Shown here one piece after another: positions 33,816-40,966 of a stretch of 40,966 bases of DNA (positions are counted from its first letter, which is position 1; each line of letters opens with the position of its first letter). Both the position numbers and the translations under genes were made by a program. Origin of the DNA: a virus. Taxonomy: Duplodnaviria; Caudoviricetes. The stretch lies in IMG/VR virus record IMGVR_UViG_3300032320_000653, positions 1-40,966 of that record. The stretch is one strand, 5' to 3'. The notes under the pieces are model-generated. The model saw nothing but the letters and a program-made list of their open reading frames with translations. It searched no databases and was not told the origin of the DNA.

Positions 33816-33865
33816 GATGGATTCTCCAAGGTTGGCATTAGATGTTAGGGGACTCCCTAACATCA

Positions 33866-33922
33866 GCAGACGTGCGTCGTCTGCATGTGATTAGTTATAC
33901 GGAAGACCGCCCACAATCGCAC
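33866..33922 (-). promoter_or_regulatory. Putative first early promoter with 5' hairpin
   Basis: -10-like TATAAC (33899-33894), weak -35 GTGCGA at 17 bp, then hairpin GCAGACG-N5-CGTCTGC (33866-33884), palindrome and leader; same order as promoters A and B. Confidence 0.45.
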
Positions 33923-33979
33923 CCCATTCAGCCGATTTATTTTTGTTCTACTTCACGGTACGATCCGTCCTCGGCGCTC

Positions 33980-34025
33980 GGCTGGTCGGGCTGGCTGGCT
34001 GGTCGGGCTGGCTGGCTGGTTGGCT
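33980..34025 (+). repeat. GGCT-rich tandem repeat (17-mer x2.7)
   Basis: GGCTGGTCGGGCTGGCT at 33980 and 33997, plus partial GGCTGGTTGGCT at 34014. Confidence 0.9.
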
Positions 34026-34180
34026 AGGGGGGCCGGTCGAGTCGAATGGGTAGGATGGCAGACCCACCGGAGTGGTATCACCCCCTTTACGATATAGGGT
34101 CCACCCCCCGCGCAGACGTACTATTTCAGAAGAACGAAGACCTACTTTTTGAAAACACCCCCCTACCAAAAAACATACCC

Positions 34181-34209
34181 TTGCAAAAAATTTTTTATTA
34201 TGTTATATC
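34181..34209 (+). promoter_or_regulatory. Possible promoter for the packaging/head operon
   Basis: TTGCAA, 17 bp AT-rich spacer, TGn-TATATC; the -10 lacks the conserved last T. Confidence 0.35.
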
Positions 34210-34238
34210 TGCGATACCGGCTGCTATAGCTTGCGATT

Positions 34239-34811
34239 ATGCTTATAACCCCTGACATCGGCGTAGAGATTACGCCCGAAATAAATTTTTCCAACCTGCA
34301 AGACCTTGCGGAATTCGGTGCTAACACCGCTGAATTGCTGCATAAGAATGGGTTGGAGCTAGATTCCAAGCCAGAGCACGCCGAGATAGCTGCTCAGATT
34401 GCTACTGCTTACGCCGCAGATCCTATGGGTACTGCCAAGCAGATCACCCCATCGCGTGCAGCATCCCTGCCCCCTGCTGTCTTAATACAAACACGCGACA
34501 TACTTGATACTTTTGGGCGTGCAGTTGTCAGACAAGCTATTGAAGTACGCCATCTTGTTACCAACAAGCTCATCCTTGAGTCGGAAAACCCTGATCCGAA
34601 GGTACGAATACGTGCATTAGAGTTGTTAGGGAAGATTTCGGATGTGGGTCTGTTTACTGAGCGTACTGAAATAACCGTAACCCACCAATCTACAGACGAT
34701 CTACGCACCAAACTGCGGGAGAAGTTCAATCGGCTCAAAGAAGTTGAGGACGCCAAGGTGGTTTCGCCCTTGGAACTAGAATTGGACGAGGAATTGGGCC
34801 TAAATGGGTGA
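34239..34811 (+). CDS. terS: Putative terminase small subunit
   Basis: 190 aa directly upstream of and overlapping terL; RIRALELLGK..DVGLFTER.E motif. Confidence 0.7.
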   Translation: MLITPDIGVEITPEINFSNLQDLAEFGANTAELLHKNGLELDSKPEHAEIAAQIATAYAADPMGTAKQITPSRAASLPPAVLIQTRDILDTFGRAVVRQAIEVRHLVTNKLILESENPDPKVRIRALELLGKISDVGLFTERTEITVTHQSTDDLRTKLREKFNRLKEVEDAKVVSPLELELDEELGLNG

Positions 34812-36351
34812 TCTTGCGTTCTCAGACGAGGAAGTTGACGAGCTTCTGGCGCGTTTAGACGAGTTTTCCGAAGAAGAACAGACCGAAATCCTGCAAATTG
34901 CGGACACACTAAGCACTCGCAAGCATGTGCAGTCGTGCTATGACGATCTGATTGAGTTCTGTAAGCATATGCAGCCCGACTATAAGGTTGGGAAACACCA
35001 CAGAATCCTTGCTAACCTGCTGATGCAGCTAGCAGATGGGTCAAAAGACCGTGTTTGCGTCAATATTCCGCCTCGCCACGGCAAAAGTCAGCTAGTTTCC
35101 ATCTACTTCCCGGCTTGGTTCATCGGTAGACAACCTAATAAGAAGGTGCTGATGGTGTCCCACACCACGGATCTTGCCGTGGACTTCGGTCGGAAGGTGC
35201 GAAATATTATTGATACGGATGCCTACCGGCAAATATTTCCTACAGTTAACCTCGCTGCGGATAGCAAGTCAGCAGGTAGATGGAATACTAACGTCGGGGG
35301 TGAGTACTTTGCTTGCGGTGTAGGTTCGGCCCTTGCAGGTCGCGGTGCTGACTTACTACTAGTTGACGATCCGCATAACGAGCAGGACATCATCAACGGC
35401 AACCTCGAAATCTTCGACAGAGCCTACGAGTGGTTCACTTTTGGTGCTAGAACGCGCCTGATGCCCGGGGGCCGTGTAGCTATTATACAAACCAGATGGC
35501 ATTTAGACGATTTAACGGGTCGTGTCGTACGGGACATGACGCAAAACAGCGGGGCAGATCAGTACGAAGTGGTCGAATTCCCGGCAATTCTGGAAGTCAA
35601 GAACAAAAAAACGGGTGAAATCAGCGAAAAAGCCCTGTGGCCTGAGTTTTTTGACATGCCAGCGTTGCTGCGAACGAAGGCTTCTATGCCTGTTTTCCAG
35701 TGGAACGCGCAGTTTCAGCAGAACCCAACAGCCGAAGAAGCTGCTCTTGTTAAGCGGGAATGGTGGAATACGTGGGAGAAAGAAGACCCGCCAAGCTGTT
35801 CTTACCTAATTATGTCGCTAGATAGCGCGGCGGAAACTAATAATCGTGCTGACTTTACCGCCCTTACTACGTGGGGTGTATTTATTAACAAGGAGACGGA
35901 CGCCCATAACATCATCCTGCTCAACTCAATCAAGAAGCGCGTTGAGTTCCCCGAGTTAAAAGAGTTGTGCTACCGGGAGTGGAAAGAATGGGAGCCGGAT
36001 GCGTTCATCGTAGAGAAAAAATCTAGCGGTACGCAGTTGTACCAAGAGATAAGACGTACGGGTTTACCTATACAAGAGTTCACTCCGCACCGTGGGACCG
36101 GCGACAAGATGGCGCGTCTAAACTCTGTAGCTGATATCATACGGTCAGGTTTAGTGTGGGTTCCTCAAACGCGCTGGGCGGAGGAATTAGTCGAAGAAGT
36201 CGCAGGTTTTCCGTTTGTTAGTAATGACGACTTGGTTGACTCCACCGTAATGGCACTGATGCGATTTAGGCAGGGCGGGTTTATACGTCTGCCATCCGAT
36301 GAGCAAGAAGAAGTTCGTTACTTTAAGTCCCGCCGTGGCGGCTATTATTAA
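34804..36351 (+). CDS. terL: Terminase large subunit
   Basis: Walker A IPPRHGKS, GRGADLLLVDDP, QTRWH, nuclease acidic motifs SLDSA, DFTA, DDLVDS. Confidence 0.96.
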   Translation: MGDLAFSDEEVDELLARLDEFSEEEQTEILQIADTLSTRKHVQSCYDDLIEFCKHMQPDYKVGKHHRILANLLMQLADGSKDRVCVNIPPRHGKSQLVSIYFPAWFIGRQPNKKVLMVSHTTDLAVDFGRKVRNIIDTDAYRQIFPTVNLAADSKSAGRWNTNVGGEYFACGVGSALAGRGADLLLVDDPHNEQDIINGNLEIFDRAYEWFTFGARTRLMPGGRVAIIQTRWHLDDLTGRVVRDMTQNSGADQYEVVEFPAILEVKNKKTGEISEKALWPEFFDMPALLRTKASMPVFQWNAQFQQNPTAEEAALVKREWWNTWEKEDPPSCSYLIMSLDSAAETNNRADFTALTTWGVFINKETDAHNIILLNSIKKRVEFPELKELCYREWKEWEPDAFIVEKKSSGTQLYQEIRRTGLPIQEFTPHRGTGDKMARLNSVADIIRSGLVWVPQTRWAEELVEEVAGFPFVSNDDLVDSTVMALMRFRQGGFIRLPSDEQEEVRYFKSRRGGYY

Positions 36352-36360
36352 AGGTAGGCT

Positions 36361-38874
36361 ATGCCAGTAGATTCAATTGACAAAGGACTATATGCAGCAC
36401 CTCAAGGTATTGAGGCTGAACTGGGAGGCATGGGGGGTATTTCCGATGACGATCTGGACAGCATGTTGGAGATTGAGATTGTCAATCCTGATATGGTTAC
36501 TCTTGATGATGGTAGCGTCGAAATTATCTTGACTGTCGGTGACGATACTGAAGAGGGCGGGTTTGACGAAAATCTGGCGGAAACCCTAGATGAAGGCGTG
36601 CAGCAAACGCTTGCATCCGAGCTAATTGAGTTAATTGATGCGGATATTAACAACCGCAAAGACTGGGCAGATACGTTCGTAAAAGGGTTAGATGTCCTTG
36701 GATTTAGGTACGAGGAGCGTACCGAGCCTTGGGAAGATGCGTGTGGCGCGTTCTCGTCTGTCCTTGCAGAAGCTGCGATTCGGTTCCAAGCTGAGGCTAT
36801 GTCGGAGACGTTCCCATCAATGGGTCCGGTCAAGACTAAGGTCATGGGTCAGATTACACGTGAAAAGGAAGAAGCAGCGGGACGTGTAAAAGAAGACATG
36901 AACTATCAGTTAACCGAGCGCATGGTTGAGTACCGCCCAGAACATGAGCGGATGCTGTATGCCTTGGGCCTTGCCGGTTCGGCTTTCAAGAAGATTTATG
37001 TTGATCCCGCGTTGGGTCGGCAGGTGGCTATCTTCATCCCAGCAGAAGATATGTTAGTGCCATACGGCGCTTCTAATCTTGAGTCAGCAGAGCGGATCAC
37101 GCACGTGATGCGTAAAACTGAGAATGAAATCAAGCGGTTACAAGCTAACGGGTTCTACCGCGAGGTGGACTTGGGTGAGCCGCAGTCATTCCCATCTGAC
37201 ATCGAGAAGAAGAAAGCCGAGGAAGGTGGGTATTCGCTGACCGATGACGACCGCTACACAATCTACGAGGTCCACGCTGACTTGGTGATTGAGGGCGTAG
37301 ACGAGGACGAGATTGAGGATGGTAGCGATATCGGGGACGACGAGAGCGAAGATACCAAACCTAAAGATTCCGAGCAGCTTGCCAAGCCTTACGTAGTAAC
37401 AATAGAGCGTGCCACCGAGAAGGTGCTATCTATTAGGCGTAACTGGGAGCCGAATGATCCCTTGCATCAGAAGCGTCAGCACTTTGTCCATTATGTCTAT
37501 GTCCCCGGTTTTGGATTTTATGGACTTGGCCTGATCCACATTATCGGTGGGTACTCGCGTGCGGGAACGTCACTGCTTCGTCAGCTTGTCGATGCGGGTA
37601 CGCTATCTAATCTACCGGGGGGCTTGAAGGCTCGTGGTATGCGGGTCAAGGGCGACGACACTCCGATTGGTCCGGGCGAGTTCCGTGACGTGGATATCCC
37701 GAGTGGCGCTATTAAAGATAACATCATGATGCTCCCATATAAGGAGCCAAGTCAGGTGTTGCTTGCGCTGATGACGCAGATCAACGAGGACGGTCGCAGA
37801 CTTGGTGCGATATCAGATATGAATATATCGGATATGAGCGCACAGGCCCCGGTCGGAACAACTCTGGCTTTGCTAGAGCGCACACTCAAGCCAATGGCGG
37901 CGGTGCAAGCGCGGGTTCATTACGCGATGAAGCAGGAGTTCAAGCTCCTGAAAGAACTCATCCGAGACTATACGCCCGAGGCGTATAGCTACGACCCACA
38001 AGATACGACTAACCGTCAGATCAAGCAGTCTGACTATGACATGGTAGAAGTAATACCCGTATCTGACCCCAACTCGTCCACGATGGCGCAGCGGGTAGTT
38101 CAGTATCAGGCAGTGCTCCAGATGGCACAGCAAGCCCCGCAGATTTATAACCTGCCACAACTACACCGTCAGATGATCGAGGTGTTAGGGGTTAAGAACG
38201 CTGACAAGCTGGTCCCCATCGAGGATGACCAGAAGCCGACAGATCCTGTATCCGAGAACATGAACGTGCTGATTGGCAAGCCGGTCAAAGCGTTTATTTA
38301 TCAGGATCACGACGCGCATATCGCTGCACATACTAGTTTTATGCAGGACCCGATGATCGCTCAGACAATCGGGCAGAATCCACAAGCACAGCAGCTTATG
38401 GCTGCGTTGCAAGCACATATCGCTGAACACTTAGGCTTCTCGTATCGCAAGCAGATCGAGGAAAGATTGGGCGCTCCGCTACCCGCACCCGGGGAAGAAC
38501 TGCCCGAAGAGATTGAGATTCAGTTGGCACGGCTTGTGGCCGAGGCCGGGAAACAGCTTGCTCAGGAACACATGCAGCAGGCAGCGCAGCAGCAAGCACA
38601 ACAGCAAGCTCAAGACCCGATGTTCCAGCTTCAACAAGGCGAACTCAAGGTCAAGCAAGCTGAAGTGGCTAGAAAGCAAGCCAAGGATCAGGCTGATCTC
38701 CAGCTTGACGAACAAAAACTTGCACTTGACCGAGAGCGTTTACAAATGGAAACCCAGCGTAACGCTAATCAAACGTCTTCTCAGGACAGACAAGCCCAAC
38801 AGAAGATGCGAGTGGATGTTATGAAACATGTAACACAACAGCCTCCCAATTCGGGGGGCCCACCACGGGGGTAA
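36361..38874 (+). CDS. Portal protein (P22-like, Gln-rich C-terminal coil)
   Basis: 837 aa after terL; GSAFKK, GFYGLG motifs; Q-rich tail. Confidence 0.88.
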   Translation: MPVDSIDKGLYAAPQGIEAELGGMGGISDDDLDSMLEIEIVNPDMVTLDDGSVEIILTVGDDTEEGGFDENLAETLDEGVQQTLASELIELIDADINNRKDWADTFVKGLDVLGFRYEERTEPWEDACGAFSSVLAEAAIRFQAEAMSETFPSMGPVKTKVMGQITREKEEAAGRVKEDMNYQLTERMVEYRPEHERMLYALGLAGSAFKKIYVDPALGRQVAIFIPAEDMLVPYGASNLESAERITHVMRKTENEIKRLQANGFYREVDLGEPQSFPSDIEKKKAEEGGYSLTDDDRYTIYEVHADLVIEGVDEDEIEDGSDIGDDESEDTKPKDSEQLAKPYVVTIERATEKVLSIRRNWEPNDPLHQKRQHFVHYVYVPGFGFYGLGLIHIIGGYSRAGTSLLRQLVDAGTLSNLPGGLKARGMRVKGDDTPIGPGEFRDVDIPSGAIKDNIMMLPYKEPSQVLLALMTQINEDGRRLGAISDMNISDMSAQAPVGTTLALLERTLKPMAAVQARVHYAMKQEFKLLKELIRDYTPEAYSYDPQDTTNRQIKQSDYDMVEVIPVSDPNSSTMAQRVVQYQAVLQMAQQAPQIYNLPQLHRQMIEVLGVKNADKLVPIEDDQKPTDPVSENMNVLIGKPVKAFIYQDHDAHIAAHTSFMQDPMIAQTIGQNPQAQQLMAALQAHIAEHLGFSYRKQIEERLGAPLPAPGEELPEEIEIQLARLVAEAGKQLAQEHMQQAAQQQAQQQAQDPMFQLQQGELKVKQAEVARKQAKDQADLQLDEQKLALDRERLQMETQRNANQTSSQDRQAQQKMRVDVMKHVTQQPPNSGGPPRG

Positions 38875-38880
38875 TAAATT

Positions 38881-39078
38881 GTGGCTAAAACCGTCTTTGA
38901 CGTGCTGATTGAAAAGATAGAAGCGCATAAAACCGCTGCTATGGAATCACTTGTATCCGGTGGAGCTAAAGACTTTGCCGAATATAAAGCGGCGTGCGGG
39001 ATCATTCGAGGTCTGTCCCTTGCACGTATGGAAATCCAAGACCTTTCGCGTACTTTTATGGATGACGATGATGAGTGA
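38881..39078 (+). CDS. Small head-region protein
   Basis: 65 aa, GTG start, G.AKDFAEYK..CGIIRGL; between portal and GroES-like gene. Confidence 0.75.
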   Translation: MAKTVFDVLIEKIEAHKTAAMESLVSGGAKDFAEYKAACGIIRGLSLARMEIQDLSRTFMDDDDE

Positions 39079-39439
39079 TAACTACACTGTGACTGACGAA
39101 GAATTGGAAGCTCAACTACCGGTTCCCGTTGGATACAAGCTGCTGATTGCCCTGCCGACTATTGAAGACACGTATGACTCAGGACTTGTCAAAGCCGAGA
39201 ATACGAAACATGTCGAACAAGTCTTATCAATGATTGGACTCGTATTGGACATGGGGCCACAAGCCTATTCTGATCCTGAGCGGTATCCGAACGGTCCTTG
39301 GTGTGAAGTCGGAGACTACGTATTGTTCCGCACTAATACTGGTACGCGGTTCCGTTTCAATGGCACGGAATACCGTCTTATGAACGACGACTCGATTGAG
39401 GCAGTTGTTTCCGATCCACAAGGCATTACAAGGGCTTAA
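39071..39439 (+). CDS. groES: GroES/Cpn10-like co-chaperonin
   Basis: PVGYKLLI, SGLV, VLDMGP, VGDYVLF, GTEYRLMNDDSIEAVV; true start is 39062, 39068 or 39071. Confidence 0.85.
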   Translation: MSDNYTVTDEELEAQLPVPVGYKLLIALPTIEDTYDSGLVKAENTKHVEQVLSMIGLVLDMGPQAYSDPERYPNGPWCEVGDYVLFRTNTGTRFRFNGTEYRLMNDDSIEAVVSDPQGITRA

Positions 39440-39441
39440 AA

Positions 39442-40341
39442 ATGGAAAGGGACGAATACAAATTCCCCGATGAGGTTGAATCGGAAGGTGTAACGGTCAC
39501 CGCGTCTGACGATGTGGATGTGGAGATTGAGGTTATTGACGATACGCCTGAGAAAGATCGGAATCGGAAGGCATCAGACCCACCGGAAGAGGTAACTGAT
39601 GACGAATTGCAGGACTATTCTGAAAAAGTTCGCAAGCGTATTCAGCACTTTAACAAGGGTTATCACGACGAAAGACGTGCTAAAGAAGCCGCTTTACGTG
39701 AAAAAGAAGAGCTTGAACGCCTTGCTCGTAAGCTAGTTGATGAGAACAACGAGCTAAAAGGTACGGTAAACAAGAATCAGGAAGTATTGCTTGAACAGGC
39801 TAAACGAGTTGCTGCTCAAGAATTGGACGAAGCTAAACGCAAGTACAAGCAAGCGTATGAGTCGGGCGATTCTGATGCAATGGTTGACGCGCAAGAGGAA
39901 TTGGTTACGGCTAAGGCTAAAACCGAGCGTGTTAGCAACTTCCGATTACCCCCTTTACAAGAGTCGGAAAATCCTGTACAAATACAACCTAACGCCCCAG
40001 TAGCGGCTGATCCAAAGGCTCATGAATGGCAACAAGCTAATTCGTGGTTTGGGTCGGACGATGAGATGACTAGCTTTGCATTGGGGTTGCATCAGAAGCT
40101 AGTAAAACAGGGGGTTGATCCCCGTAGCGACGACTACTACGAGAGAATTAACTCTCGTATGCGCGAAGTCTTCCCAGATCAGTTCAAGCAGCGCCGTAGA
40201 AGTAATGTAGTAGCTCCCGCTACGCGCAGCACCGCGCCTCGAAAAATCGTGCTGACTAGTAGTCAAGTTGCTATCGCTAAACGGCTAGGCGTGCCTCTTG
40301 AGGCATATGCTAAACAAGTTGCTCTGGATATGAGGAAATAA
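39442..40341 (+). CDS. Putative capsid scaffolding protein
   Basis: Acidic N-terminus, long coiled coil, C-terminal LTSSQVAIAKRLGVPLEAYAK; precedes the capsid genes. Confidence 0.7.
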   Translation: MERDEYKFPDEVESEGVTVTASDDVDVEIEVIDDTPEKDRNRKASDPPEEVTDDELQDYSEKVRKRIQHFNKGYHDERRAKEAALREKEELERLARKLVDENNELKGTVNKNQEVLLEQAKRVAAQELDEAKRKYKQAYESGDSDAMVDAQEELVTAKAKTERVSNFRLPPLQESENPVQIQPNAPVAADPKAHEWQQANSWFGSDDEMTSFALGLHQKLVKQGVDPRSDDYYERINSRMREVFPDQFKQRRRSNVVAPATRSTAPRKIVLTSSQVAIAKRLGVPLEAYAKQVALDMRK

Positions 40342-40343
40342 TC

Positions 40344-40793
40344 ATGGCTGAAAATCGATTGAATCGTGATCTTGAAACCCGCGAAACCGCGAAACGTAAA
40401 GTGACGTGGAAACCGCCGGAGACTCTGCCTAGTCCATTTGCTCAGGATGGGTACGACTTCCGTTGGGTTCGCATTAGCACGCTAGGCACGCCGGATGCTA
40501 TGAATACCTCATCTAAACTGCGGGAAGGTTATGAGCCTGTTCGGGCAGTTGATCACCCTGAAATCTTTTCGTCGCCCGCCGCTGATGAGCGATTTAAGGA
40601 TAACGTGGTAATTGGCGGCTTGATGCTCTGCAAGATTCCCCACGAGTTCACTGAAGCCCGGAATGAGTACTACCAAGGCCAGACCGAGGCTCAGATGAAG
40701 TCAGTGGACAATAGCTTCATGCGGGAAGGTGATCCGAGAATGCCGCTATTTGCGGATAAAAAATCTCAGGTTACTTTCGGTAAAGGTACTTAA
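40344..40793 (+). CDS. Head-region hypothetical protein
   Basis: 149 aa, SD GAGG; FRWVR, REGYEPV, GGLMLCK motifs. Confidence 0.75.
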   Translation: MAENRLNRDLETRETAKRKVTWKPPETLPSPFAQDGYDFRWVRISTLGTPDAMNTSSKLREGYEPVRAVDHPEIFSSPAADERFKDNVVIGGLMLCKIPHEFTEARNEYYQGQTEAQMKSVDNSFMREGDPRMPLFADKKSQVTFGKGT

Positions 40794-40809
40794 TTTTTAG
40801 GAGTCTTAA

Positions 40810-40966
40810 ATGGCTTATCCGATTGTCAATGGCCCATATGGGTTAGTGCCGGTCAACCTAATGGGCGGTATTCCGTTCGCTGGGTCTACCCGGATGATTC
40901 CGATTGCACAGAACTACGCGACAAACATCTTCAACGGTGACGTTGTTGGTCTGTCTGGTGGTAATG
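40810..40966 (+). CDS. 5' end of a putative capsid-associated (decoration) protein, truncated by window
   Basis: SD AGGAG, ATG 40810, MAYPIVNGPYGLVPVNLMGGIPFAGSTRMIPIAQNYATNIFNGDVVGLSGGN, open to the window end. Confidence 0.65.
   Translation, partial: MAYPIVNGPYGLVPVNLMGGIPFAGSTRMIPIAQNYATNIFNGDVVGLSGGN

Larger units (their letters stand above)
25425..33861. repeat. Dispersed palindrome family GTTAGGG-N3/4-CCCTAAC (11 copies)
   Basis: Copies start at 25425, 27402, 29379, 30601, 31567, 32117, 32732, 32869 (one mismatch), 32911, 33301 and 33844. Confidence 0.97.

Noticed and set aside
25425-33861. Palindrome family as a CRISPR array
   Set aside because: Units are only 17-18 bp, spacing is irregular (about 40 bp to 2 kb) with whole genes in between, and no cas operon is present; the Cas4-like nuclease sits in the replication module.
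33948-34255. ORFs 33948-34169 (-) and 34046-34255 (+)
   Set aside because: They are translations of the GGCT repeat and C-tracts, with no SD support.
1-40966. tRNA, rRNA, lysis and major capsid genes
   Set aside because: None recognised; capsid, tail and lysis genes probably lie outside the window.

Overview
A 41 kb stretch of a tailed dsDNA phage genome with podovirus-like organisation; there are no cellular genes. It has three blocks. (1) 1-11781, + strand: Ala/Gln/Pro/Thr-rich putative internal-virion (ejection) proteins, ending in a 2500-aa polyvalent-type protein with an HExxH domain and a PLxRFG-like motif. (2) 11786-33900, - strand: early and replication arm. In transcription order it carries small early ORFs, a DUF3150-like/MoxR-AAA/vWA-metallopeptidase module, VRR-NUC, SGNH hydrolase, 2OG-Fe(II) oxygenase, DUF3310, family A DNA polymerase, PD-(D/E)XK nuclease, HNH, SNF2 helicase, Xis-like HTH, SSB-like protein and an AEP-primase/DUF927 helicase. 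(3) 34239-40966, + strand: terminase subunits, portal, GroES-like co-chaperonin, scaffold and the start of the head genes. The most striking signals are non-coding. Eleven copies of the palindrome GTTAGGG-N3/4-CCCTAAC punctuate the early arm. Six early genes share the leader (A)CCTTGGAG. A candidate ~65-nt sRNA at the far end of the same arm, with a plausible promoter and a terminator, carries the exact complement CUCCAAGGU, suggesting an RNA-based shut-off of early genes. A duplicated promoter-hairpin cassette and an origin-like region bracketed by a 29-bp inverted repeat are also present. All product calls come from motif recognition and gene order; no database searches were run.
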